Source: Thermomicrobiales bacterium (lineage in GTDB: Bacteria; Chloroflexota; Chloroflexia; Thermomicrobiales; UBA6265). From it: a stretch of 64,000 nt of DNA. Both the position numbers and the translations under genes were made by a program. The DNA lies in contig JBJMMD010000037.1 in assembly GCA_045804965.1 (NCBI GenBank), forward strand, positions 9,989 through 73,988, read 5' to 3'. Shown one piece after another: positions 28,275-37,064 of this stretch (position 1 is the first letter of the stretch; each line of letters opens with the position of its first letter). The notes under the pieces were generated by a model. The model saw only the letters and a list, made by a program, of their open reading frames with translations, was not told the DNA's origin and ran no database searches.

Positions 28275-28398
28275 CGCGCAAAAAGGCACCTGTGACATTC
28301 GTCGAATCGTGAAGCACTGAGAGCTGCAGAGGAACAAGGATATAATCGGAAGGTTGTTTGATAAGTCACGGTTGGTATTTGGGGGTTGAACGATCGCG

Positions 28399-29463
28399 AT
28401 GGCAGTTCAAGATCTTGTGTCCGGGCAAGAGGAAGCAAGCGCTCCTACGAGACAGCGCGTTTTTTCAGGCATTCAGCCTTCTGGAAATATCCATATTGGG
28501 AATTACTTGGGCGCGATCCGTAACTGGGTAGGGCAGCAAGAGTTCTACGACAACATTTTCTGCATCGTCAATCTTCATGCGATCACACTGCCGACAACCC
28601 GAGATTCGCTACTCGCGAATACCCTCAACATGGCGAATACGCTGGTCGCCTCGGGCATCGATCCTGAAAAGTCGATTCTGTTTTTGCAATCTGATGTGGC
28701 GGAACATGCGGAGTTGTCGTGGATTTTGAGCTCTGTCACGCAATTCGGTGAGTTGCGCCGGATGACGCAATTCAAAGACAAGGCGGGGAGTCAGGACGAG
28801 GCGGTTTCTGCCTCGCTTTTCACCTATCCGGTGCTTCAGGCTGCCGACATTCTCGCATACGACACCGATCTCGTTCCGGTCGGCGAAGACCAGAAGCAGC
28901 ACATCGAGCTCGCACGAGATATTGCCCAGCGATTCAATGCACGCTATGGGGCGACCTTTGTCGTGCCCGCTCCCGACATTAAACCGGAGGGTGCGCGAAT
29001 CATGGCGCTTGACGATCCGACGAAGAAGATGAGCAAGAGTAGCGGCGGTCCAGGGAGCTATATTGCACTAACGGACGATGCCGATACGATTCGCCGAAAA
29101 ATTCGGCGCGCGGTGACCGATTCAGGAACTGAAGTCAGTGGCGGGCCGGACAAGCCTGCGCTTTCGAATCTGCTCACAATCTACTCGTTGTTCAGTGGCG
29201 ACCCAATCTCGCAGGTCGAAGACCGGTATGCCGGCAAGGGATACGGCGCATTCAAACACGATCTTGGCGAGATCATCGTGGAGGCGGTGGCGCCGATTCA
29301 GCGCCGGCTCGCGACGCTCGAAGCGGATCCCACAATTGCGCTCAACACTCTTGCGCGTGGTGCTGAGCAGGCGCGAGCGATTGCCGAGCGGAAGATGATC
29401 GAGGTCAGGGATCGAGTGGGCCTGATTATGAATCGCGAAACGGTCGCTGGCGTGTCGGCGTAG
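28399..29463 (+). CDS. trpS: Tryptophanyl-tRNA synthetase
   Basis: Class I signatures: GIQPSGNIHIGNYLGA (HIGH-type) and KMSKS. The length and overall pattern match TrpRS. Confidence 0.95.
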   Translation: MAVQDLVSGQEEASAPTRQRVFSGIQPSGNIHIGNYLGAIRNWVGQQEFYDNIFCIVNLHAITLPTTRDSLLANTLNMANTLVASGIDPEKSILFLQSDVAEHAELSWILSSVTQFGELRRMTQFKDKAGSQDEAVSASLFTYPVLQAADILAYDTDLVPVGEDQKQHIELARDIAQRFNARYGATFVVPAPDIKPEGARIMALDDPTKKMSKSSGGPGSYIALTDDADTIRRKIRRAVTDSGTEVSGGPDKPALSNLLTIYSLFSGDPISQVEDRYAGKGYGAFKHDLGEIIVEAVAPIQRRLATLEADPTIALNTLARGAEQARAIAERKMIEVRDRVGLIMNRETVAGVSA

Positions 29464-29588
29464 GGAGTCGCCGGTGGTCAGCGGAGGGTAGTACTTGAGG
29501 GGACTCCCGTTGATCGAACCAAGAATCGCGTGCGCGCCTGCTGCGTCAAGCGGCGAGTTGGCGCTCCAAGATGCGAGGAGTTTCAGCG

Positions 29589-30662
29589 ATGCCGAAGCGC
29601 GTCCATCGAAAAACCGAGGATCGTCAAAATGTTGGAGACAATCCTCAGCAGGAATCGGGAGGACTGTTCAATGCTCAGCTTCTCGACCAGTTTGAAAATC
29701 TTGGGCAGAGCTGGGGCGAGATAAGCTCATATCAAAGGGTCATGAATGCGGTCAACGGCGAGGAGGTTGACCGCTTGCCGATCTGCTTCTGGCACCACTT
29801 TACTCCCGAGGGTTCCGGCAATAAATTGGCAGACGCCACGGTCAAGTTCTTCGATCAAGAGTTCGATCTCGACATTATGAAAATCATGCCGGACATCCCT
29901 TACCCCTTTCCGCGAGGTTCAATCCGCGCCATCGACGATTGGCGACTGATCGAGCCCATTGACGCAATTCGTTCGCGGTTCATGAACGAGTGGATAGTGG
30001 CGGTCCAAGTCGTGCGGGCGGCCGTCGGCATTGAAAAGCCGGTGATTGTCACGAAATTCAATCCACTCTCCGAGGCAATGCATTTTGCCGCCGACCGGGA
30101 AACGTTCTTCGCCCACCTTCGTGAAGCTCCCGTGGTCATCCACGACGCGCTGCACACGATCGCCATGAACTTGCAAGCCCAATTTCGGGAGCTGCTTTCA
30201 AGTGGCGCGGACGGTGTGTTCTTCGCGCTTCAGGGCTGCAGCAAGGACATCATGTCCGAGGAGCAGTATCGAGAATTCGGCCGTCCCTACGACCTGATTG
30301 CCCTGCAAGGCGCCCAGAGCGGATGGCTGAACGTCCTCCACATTCATGGCGAACGGGATCTACATTTCGACCTTGTCCTCGACTATCCGGTCAGCGTGCT
30401 CAGCTGGTCCGATCGGCTCGCTGGTCCGAGCCTGCGCGAGGCGCGAGGCATGACAAGCAAATGCCTGATGGGCGGTTGGCATGAGTTCGGTGCGCTCTCG
30501 AGCGGCCCGGAGAAAGCAATCTTGGACGAAGCAAAGGATGCACTTGCCCAAACCGGTGGTCGCAAGTTCATTCTGGCAAACGGATGTTCAGTTCCGGACG
30601 AAACCGACGAGAAGTGGCTGCACTACGCGCGCGACATCGTGGATAGCCTGAAGGTGCATTAG
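29589..30662 (+). CDS. Uroporphyrinogen-decarboxylase-family (URO-D/MtaA-like) protein, paralogue of unknown substrate
   Basis: The URO-D family pattern starts at SYQRVMNAVNGEEVDRLP and continues over a (beta/alpha)8-type length. Start set at the ATG at 29589, 8 nt after GAGGAG (the ATG at 29571 is also possible). It lacks the PVWxMRQAGR motif of true HemE. Confidence 0.78.
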   Translation: MPKRVHRKTEDRQNVGDNPQQESGGLFNAQLLDQFENLGQSWGEISSYQRVMNAVNGEEVDRLPICFWHHFTPEGSGNKLADATVKFFDQEFDLDIMKIMPDIPYPFPRGSIRAIDDWRLIEPIDAIRSRFMNEWIVAVQVVRAAVGIEKPVIVTKFNPLSEAMHFAADRETFFAHLREAPVVIHDALHTIAMNLQAQFRELLSSGADGVFFALQGCSKDIMSEEQYREFGRPYDLIALQGAQSGWLNVLHIHGERDLHFDLVLDYPVSVLSWSDRLAGPSLREARGMTSKCLMGGWHEFGALSSGPEKAILDEAKDALAQTGGRKFILANGCSVPDETDEKWLHYARDIVDSLKVH

Positions 30663-31852
30663 GCCGGCACAGGCGGCTGCGCGGAGTGTTGGCGAATCTC
30701 ATTGACGATCCGGCGCGCGACGACCACGACGGCGAGGCCACCAAACGCGACGCCGGCAAGGGCAATGCGCGTCGAGGCGAAGGTCGAAACCATGCCGGCG
30801 AGAAACGGCGCGACTGCGATTCCCGCATATCCAACCAATAACACCGCGCCCGAGGCGGCGCCCGGCGCCGTCGGATTCGCGAGTCCGACGAGACTGAGTG
30901 TCGTCGGCGCCATGCCCGCGAGGCCAAATCCAGCGATGGCGCAGCCGGCAACGGCGACGGCGGCGTTTGGTCCGGCCGCGATCAGGAGACCGCCGAGCAT
31001 TGTTACACACCCCTGAAACAAGAGCATGCGTATAGCGCCGATTCGCGCGTTTAGCGGTCCGTTGCCGAAGCGGCCAATTGCCATCGCCGCTCCGTTCAAT
31101 GAAAGGGCGATCACGGTGACCGACTTGGCATAGTGGCGCTCGTCTTGAAAGTAGATTCCCACCCATTGCGCGATCAGTAACTCCGATGCAAAGGCGATTC
31201 CCGCGATGGCCGCGAGATCGCGATTTGTTCGGTTCTTGAGCAGATAAAGCGCGTGCAGCGGCGAATGTTCCTGCTCGGGAGCGAGCGACGGAGGCGCTTC
31301 CTGCTTGAGCGAGACCAACGCAAACACAGCGAGACCGGCGAACATGACCGCGATCACCGCGTAGACCGACTTGTAGTCGCCTCCTAACCAGATCAGGAGG
31401 CCGGCAACAAGCGGTCCGATCAACGAGCCGACACTGAACGTCGCGTGTAACGGGCCCATAATGTGGCGGCGAGTCGAGCGCTCCACATCCATCGCCAGCG
31501 CGTTGTTCGAGAGGTCAAGCGCGGTGACGCCGATTCCCTGGATGATGAGCAGGAGGACAAGGATCCCGACGACGGAGCCAAAGATGATGCCGACCGCCGG
31601 GATGACCGTAATCGCGAGGGAGACAGCTAGCAGCAGGCGCTTGTCGAAGCGGTCCGCAAGTCTGCCGCCGAAAACCAGGACCGGCAATCCAGCGATGACG
31701 CCTAGACTCTGTGCCAAACCAAACACGCCCTTTGAGATACCGAAGGCATCGATGACGTCGTTCCAAAGCACGCCACCGCCGCCGTAAAGCACTCCGAGTC
31801 CCACAAAGCTGGACAGCATGAGAGCGAGCAGTGATGTTGCATTAGCCGGCAT
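30659..31852 (-). CDS. MFS transporter
   Basis: About 12 predicted TM helices with an MFS loop motif GGRLADRFDKR. Start placed at MPANATSLLALML (cat 31850..31852). The extra 62 N-terminal codons of ORF 30659..32038 are Arg/Ser-rich, look non-coding, and are rejected. Confidence 0.88.
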   Translation of the reverse strand: MPANATSLLALMLSSFVGLGVLYGGGGVLWNDVIDAFGISKGVFGLAQSLGVIAGLPVLVFGGRLADRFDKRLLLAVSLAITVIPAVGIIFGSVVGILVLLLIIQGIGVTALDLSNNALAMDVERSTRRHIMGPLHATFSVGSLIGPLVAGLLIWLGGDYKSVYAVIAVMFAGLAVFALVSLKQEAPPSLAPEQEHSPLHALYLLKNRTNRDLAAIAGIAFASELLIAQWVGIYFQDERHYAKSVTVIALSLNGAAMAIGRFGNGPLNARIGAIRMLLFQGCVTMLGGLLIAAGPNAAVAVAGCAIAGFGLAGMAPTTLSLVGLANPTAPGAASGAVLLVGYAGIAVAPFLAGMVSTFASTRIALAGVAFGGLAVVVVARRIVNEIRQHSAQPPVPA

Positions 31853-32135
31853 TGTCCTGCGGCCTGATGCGGTGGCGGGTTCCGTGCTTGGGATTGTTCT
31901 TGTGGAATCGAGGGTCACGGCGGCCGTCCTTATGTTTGCCACGGATCTGGAACGGCGTCGCGCATAGACCCTTGACGGAGATCGTGTTGCAATCGCTGAT
32001 TGTGCCATAGGTCGCGCACGACCGGGCAAGGCGCGCACGTGGGGAAGCGAGCGGCTACCCCGTGCAATCGGCAGTTGCAGACGGCAGCAAAGGCGCTTGC
32101 AGTCCCGCTCCGATTACGAGCCCTATAACCGGTGC

Positions 32136-33212
32136 CTATTCTGTCAGCGCGGTCGCGGCCTGAGCCGCTTGAGCTTCTTCTTGCTTGGCAAAAATGTTCG
32201 TCGAGTGGCCGGGATCAAGGCGGGCGCTGGGGTCGTAATAGGTGACAGCGTGATTCACCGCGGTCACCGCTTCGGCCGCACCGGTCGCGATGAGCTTGAA
32301 CTTGGCGGGGTAGTGAACGATGTCTCCAGCGCCGTAGACACCCGGGATGTTCGTCTCCATCGTGATCTTGTCAACAACGATTTGGTTGCGATTGAGCTCG
32401 AATCCCCATGTTTTGAGCGGCCCAATGTCGGCAACAAACCCGATTGCCACGATCAGTTCTTGGGCAGGGATCTGCGTTTCGGTGGCGCTTGCATCCTTGT
32501 ACGTGACGCCGCTCAATCGTCCGTTGTCCGTCTGAATTGCGACGATCTCGCAGCCAGGAAAGCGAAGATCGGCTGAGGACGTTTCGAGCTCCTTGACCGT
32601 CTTTTCGTGAGCTCGGAACTTCGACCGGTGGATCAGGGTGACATGCTTGGCGAGCGGTTCCAGGGTGATGCCCCAATCGACCGCGGAATCTCCGCCGCCC
32701 ACGATGACGACGTCCTTGTCGCGGAAGTCTTCGACGCGCTTCGCGAAGTAATGGACGCCCTTGCCTTCGAGCTCGGAGATACCAGGCAGTGCGATCCGCT
32801 TGGGTTCAAAAGCCCCGACGCCAGCGCAGACGATGACCGTTTTACTGAATCGCTCGCCCTGACTTGTCGTCAGTTTGAGGATGCCGTCTGCTAAGCGCTC
32901 CAGGCCGAGCACTTCTTCCTTCAAGCGGATAGCGGGCTCATCGCGCAGGGCCTGAATGACCATCTGCTCAACGAAATCCTTCGCCAAAACTTTCGGGAAG
33001 CCAGCGACATCGTAGATATATTTTTCTGGATAGATCGCAGTGAGCGCCCCACCTGGTTCTTCGAGCGAGTCGAGCACCTGAGTGCGAGCGCCGCGCATTC
33101 CCGCGTAAAAGGCGGCGAAGAGACCGGTCGGGCCGGCGCCGATGATCGTGATGTCGTAAATGTCGCGGGCGGGTTCGGTTCCATTGACCGAGGCGCCGAT
33201 GCCATTTGTCAC
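32136..33212 (-). CDS. Ferredoxin-NADP+ reductase, thioredoxin-reductase-like type (YumC-type)
   Basis: Shows YDITIIGAGPTGLFAAFYAGMRGA (FAD GxGxxG) and a second VVIVGGGDSAVDW (NADPH) motif. The ~330-360 aa length is typical and no CxxC redox pair is present. GTG start. Confidence 0.88.
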   Translation of the reverse strand: MTNGIGASVNGTEPARDIYDITIIGAGPTGLFAAFYAGMRGARTQVLDSLEEPGGALTAIYPEKYIYDVAGFPKVLAKDFVEQMVIQALRDEPAIRLKEEVLGLERLADGILKLTTSQGERFSKTVIVCAGVGAFEPKRIALPGISELEGKGVHYFAKRVEDFRDKDVVIVGGGDSAVDWGITLEPLAKHVTLIHRSKFRAHEKTVKELETSSADLRFPGCEIVAIQTDNGRLSGVTYKDASATETQIPAQELIVAIGFVADIGPLKTWGFELNRNQIVVDKITMETNIPGVYGAGDIVHYPAKFKLIATGAAEAVTAVNHAVTYYDPSARLDPGHSTNIFAKQEEAQAAQAATALTE

Positions 33213-33415
33213 CGGTGAGAAACTCCCATTGAATCTGCCCTACCTTCGCGGAAGGGCGAGACGGACCATCTCGCCGGTAGCATTTTAGCATTGGGACGCC
33301 GCCGAAGCCTTTGTGCGCTCCGCACAGTGCCCCAATCATTGGTCGCCAACGTTTCCGATAGAATGGGCGAAATCGACAGATCGACTCGGTCTGTGTGCGG
33401 AGGAGAAATTCGTTG

Positions 33416-34675
33416 ATGGCGCCAGTTTCAATGCCGGCGGCGCCGGCAAGTCTCGAATCATTACTCTCGCTGCGCGGGCAGGATCTCCCTACCCCGCGCA
33501 TCGGCGATCCGCGAAAGGCCGCAAACCTCATCTCGTTCGTCTTTGGATTTCCAGACGCCGCATCTTTACCGGCGGAATCGGTGGGCGAAGCGACCGTCCG
33601 CGCCATGGAGAAAGATGGCAAATGGGCGCTGCAATACGGAAAAGCGACTGGTGATCCCGCGCTTGTCGAGGTCATGCTCGCCAAACTGAAGCGGGATCAG
33701 GGGATCGACGCCCGCCCAGAAAATATCCTCATCACCTCTGGCGGCTCGCAGGCCGTCCAGCTAGTGCTCGATTTGCTTGTCGACCCGGACGACACGATTA
33801 TCGTCGAGGCGCCGACGTGGATGGGCTTTCTCTATGCCGTCAACAACGTCCACGCGCAGACGGTGGCCGTGCCGCTTGACGAACACGGAACGGATGTCAT
33901 CGCCCTGGAACGGGAGCTGAACCGCCTTAGAAGTGAGGGGACTACGCCGAAGTTCATCTACGTGATTTCGAACTTCCAGAACCCGAGCGGGATCTCGACA
34001 ACGCTCGATCGCCGGCAGGGGATTGTCGAGTTGGCGCAGGAATATGGAACCCTCATTCTCGAGGACGACGCCTACCACGATCTTCGCTTCCGCGGTGAGC
34101 GCATTCCGCCGATCTATACGCTCGACGACAGCGGATCAACCATGTATCTCGGAACGCTGTCGAAAATTATGGGCGCGGGCATGCGGATCGGCTGGCTGGT
34201 GGCGGCCGAGGAGATCGTGACGAAGCTGTCGGTCTTGAAGATCGATGGTTGCACGAACGTCTTCGGCTCGCATGTCGCCGCGGAATGGATTCCCGCCAAC
34301 CTCGAAGACCACATAGAAAAGTTGAAGGGGATTTACCAGCGGCGCCGAGATGTCATGCTCGACGCACTTGACCGGCATATGCCAGCCGGGACGACCTGGA
34401 CAAATCCCGACGGAGGCTTTTTCATTTGGGTGAGCTTCCCAGAGGCGATCGACGCGGGCCGGATGCTGCCGCAGGTGCGCGAACGCGGCGTCGATTATCT
34501 CGCCGGCGCAACCTGCTACGCCGACGGAAGTGGGACAAACCAGTTTCGGCTATCCTTTTCGTTCACGACAGAGGATCAGATCAAGCAGGGTATCGCGATT
34601 ATTGGCGAAATCGCCAAGGGCGAACTGCTTGAGGCGCGCGGAGGCGGATCGGTACCCCCCGAGCTGCTTCTGTAG
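33416..34675 (+). CDS. PLP-dependent aminotransferase, class I/II (2-aminoadipate/aromatic aminotransferase-like)
   Basis: PLP-lysine region GTLSKIMGAGMRIGWLVA, fold-type I layout, and NFQNPSG. Start at the ATG at 33416 after GGAGGAG. Confidence 0.88.
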   Translation: MAPVSMPAAPASLESLLSLRGQDLPTPRIGDPRKAANLISFVFGFPDAASLPAESVGEATVRAMEKDGKWALQYGKATGDPALVEVMLAKLKRDQGIDARPENILITSGGSQAVQLVLDLLVDPDDTIIVEAPTWMGFLYAVNNVHAQTVAVPLDEHGTDVIALERELNRLRSEGTTPKFIYVISNFQNPSGISTTLDRRQGIVELAQEYGTLILEDDAYHDLRFRGERIPPIYTLDDSGSTMYLGTLSKIMGAGMRIGWLVAAEEIVTKLSVLKIDGCTNVFGSHVAAEWIPANLEDHIEKLKGIYQRRRDVMLDALDRHMPAGTTWTNPDGGFFIWVSFPEAIDAGRMLPQVRERGVDYLAGATCYADGSGTNQFRLSFSFTTEDQIKQGIAIIGEIAKGELLEARGGGSVPPELLL

Positions 34676-34709
34676 CGTAGTTACGCAATTCTGTCGATTT
34701 TCGAAAAAA

Positions 34710-34735
34710 GGGGCGGCGATAGTCCGCCCTTTTTG
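34710..34735 (+). terminator. Rho-independent terminator after the aminotransferase gene
   Basis: An A-tract, then GGGCGG (34711..34716), loop CGATAGT, CCGCCC (34724..34729), followed by TTTTT. The flanking A/T tracts would allow function in both directions. Confidence 0.75.
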
Positions 34736-34766
34736 CTTGCCTTCTGGAATCGCACGGCAAACGCTG

Positions 34767-34795
34767 TTGACAGCAAGACACCGCGTACGTATGCT
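34767..34795 (+). promoter_or_regulatory. Sigma70-type promoter upstream of the orphan histidine kinase
   Basis: TTGACA (34767..34772), 17-nt spacer, TATGCT (34790..34795). Confidence 0.5.
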
Positions 34796-34904
34796 AGTTT
34801 TGCGTGTATCCCGCTGCTCGATCCACCGGTGGTTCCCGCCTGCCGGAGCATCAATCAGGACTCAGTAGATCGTCCTCTGCGCTTAGCCGCGCCCGGAGTC
34901 GAGT

Positions 34905-37064
34905 TTGGCGGTTCCTTCGCGTCACTTCGGCCACCTAGAAGAGCCGGCCTCCCAGCGCATCCGATCGCTGTTCGATGCCCTATTCGCCGCGGCAGTTGGC
35001 GCCGGCGGCCTGCTTTGGCGATTCGCAATGCTCATCTCCGACTGGATTCGCGGCGCCGATTTCCGCGTGTTTCCGCTGCCGGTCGCGCGGGTGCAGCCGT
35101 GGCGTCTGGTTGTCGGTGCGCTGACGGTGCTCGTTCCGGCCACGTTGCTCGCGCTTGTTACCCCAGACATGCCAGTCACGACGCCGGGCGTCGCGTTGAT
35201 CGCGGCCGTCGCGTTCTCCGCGTATTTGGCCGATTGGCTCGGTGGGCTCACTGCGCTGGTGCTGGCGTCCCTCATCCTCTATGTCTTCTTTATCGGCGAC
35301 GGTTCGACGTTCAGTTGGCGCGATGACAGCTCGGAAGTGCTCGGTTTCGCGATCACGGTTTCCAGCGGCTTTGGACTTGTTTGGCTGATTGAACGGATCA
35401 AAAAGGAAAGTGCCGAAAGCCGGCAATCGGCGGTCGCGGCGCGGGCGGCGGCCAATGCGCTGGCGTCGATGGAACGGACAGCGACTCCGCGATCGTCAGG
35501 AAGTCATGAAGAACGGCAACGGTTCCTCGCCTCAGTGCTCAATGCGATGGTGAGGGTCAATCGGGCGCACGCGGGCGCGCTCTTTCTTCTGGATGGAACG
35601 AGGAACCGCCTCGTGCTCAATGCCTCATATGGGATGGATGAAGAAGACGCGAAGCACCTGAACCTGGTGCCGTTAAGCGACGAATTTCTCGGCGCAGTCG
35701 CACGTGAACGGCGGCCCTTGATCGTCCATGACCTTCGGGCGTCCGCGCGGTCGACGTCGAGCTGTCTCGCAAAATCACACATTCGAGCGGCGCTCGCAGT
35801 GCCGTTGATCTCTGCCGAAGACCATCTCATCGGCGTATCGTTGACCGGCCTGTTAGTGAGACATCAATTCACACCGACTGAGATCGCCAAGCTCGAGGTG
35901 CTGGCCGCGCGCGCAGCCTCAATGGTCGAAGCTGCGGACTTCGCCGATGAGCGAGAGACACTCTTGCACCGGGCTCATGAGGCCCAGCGACGGCTGGAAC
36001 TGGTCATCGGTACGATGCCGGAAGCAGTGGTGATCTCCGCGCCTCCGGATGGCAGGGTCGTTGGCTTCAACGCCGCGGCCGAAGAAATACTCGGGCCCCT
36101 CTCCAGCGCGGAAGACAAGTTGGAAGTGCCAAACCGCCTGAAATTGCTTTCTGCGGACGGTGAGGATCAAGCGCAACTGCCCTATGTGCAAGCGCTCAAA
36201 ACTGGCGAGGTCGTTTCTGGGGTTGAATTGCTGGTGACGAGGCCCGATGGACGGGAGATGCCAGTGCTGGTGAGTGCGGCGCCGATTCGGGAGCCGGACG
36301 GGGCCATCGCCGCCGTGGTTACCGTTTTACGCGATATCGCCGCGCTCAAAGAGGCGAGCCGGATCAAAGACGAGTTCGTGTCAGTCGTTTCGCATGAGCT
36401 CCGATCGCCATTAACCCCGATCCGCGGTTTCGTTCAGCTCGTTGCCAAGGATTTGAGCCGTGAAGGCGGTCATGGCAACCACGTCGTCTGGCTCAATTCG
36501 ATCGCCGGTCATGTCGATCGCATGACCCGGCTGGTCGATGACCTGCTCGATGTTTCGCGGCTGAAGGCGGGATCGCTGGACATTCGTCCCGTGCATTGCG
36601 ATCTCATCAAGATTTGCCGCGACATCATTAATGCCAAGACCGCGACCGCGGGAGGCCACCGATTCGAACTTGTGGCGCATGCGAAGGAAGTCATTGGCAA
36701 TTGGGATAGCGACCGTCTCCACCAGGTCGTCGACAATCTTTTTTCGAACGGAATCAAGTACAGCCCGGCCGGCGGCGTCGTCTCCATCGATGCCGGCATC
36801 GATCCTGTCACGAACGATGCCGTCTTGACGGTTTCCGATGAAGGAGCCGGTATCTCGGAAGCGGACCGAGAACGAATCTTTTCTGCGTTCTACCGCACGC
36901 GCGAGGTGACGGAGAGTCAAATCGAAGGCCTGGGTCTTGGTCTCTATATCTGCCACGAGATCGTCGCCGCCCACGGCGGAACGATCCATGTCGGCACGTC
37001 TGTCAGAGGGGGCGCAGCGTTTACCGTGCGCCTCCCGATGAACCCGGTCGCACTGGCTCGCTAG
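34905..37064 (+). CDS. Orphan sensor histidine kinase (DUF4118-like membrane domain-GAF-PAS-HisKA-HATPase)
   Basis: The N-terminal 4-TM region resembles the KdpD DUF4118 module. A GAF-like region and a PAS domain follow, then the H-box SHELRSPLTPI and N/G boxes (SNGIKYS, DEGAGI, GLGLGLYI). A TTG start at 34905 lies 8 nt after GGAG; an ATG at 35028 is an alternative. No response regulator is adjacent. Confidence 0.88.
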   Translation: MAVPSRHFGHLEEPASQRIRSLFDALFAAAVGAGGLLWRFAMLISDWIRGADFRVFPLPVARVQPWRLVVGALTVLVPATLLALVTPDMPVTTPGVALIAAVAFSAYLADWLGGLTALVLASLILYVFFIGDGSTFSWRDDSSEVLGFAITVSSGFGLVWLIERIKKESAESRQSAVAARAAANALASMERTATPRSSGSHEERQRFLASVLNAMVRVNRAHAGALFLLDGTRNRLVLNASYGMDEEDAKHLNLVPLSDEFLGAVARERRPLIVHDLRASARSTSSCLAKSHIRAALAVPLISAEDHLIGVSLTGLLVRHQFTPTEIAKLEVLAARAASMVEAADFADERETLLHRAHEAQRRLELVIGTMPEAVVISAPPDGRVVGFNAAAEEILGPLSSAEDKLEVPNRLKLLSADGEDQAQLPYVQALKTGEVVSGVELLVTRPDGREMPVLVSAAPIREPDGAIAAVVTVLRDIAALKEASRIKDEFVSVVSHELRSPLTPIRGFVQLVAKDLSREGGHGNHVVWLNSIAGHVDRMTRLVDDLLDVSRLKAGSLDIRPVHCDLIKICRDIINAKTATAGGHRFELVAHAKEVIGNWDSDRLHQVVDNLFSNGIKYSPAGGVVSIDAGIDPVTNDAVLTVSDEGAGISEADRERIFSAFYRTREVTESQIEGLGLGLYICHEIVAAHGGTIHVGTSVRGGAAFTVRLPMNPVALAR

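Noticed and set aside
27925-28317. 130-aa minus-strand ORF spanning the repeat array
   Set aside because: As a whole it is not credible. Its N-terminal half is the literal translation of the phased DNA repeats (…ILRATSLVILRTPFRHSERKRR…). Only the C-terminal 66 codons are kept as a low-confidence candidate (see findings).
28126-28398. T-box, TRAP-binding or Trp-leader-peptide attenuator upstream of trpS
   Set aside because: I could not find the conserved T-box 14-mer (…GGGUGGNACCGCG…). There is no series of closely spaced (G/U)AG triplets and no upstream mini-ORF containing Trp codons. An Infernal scan would be the decisive test.
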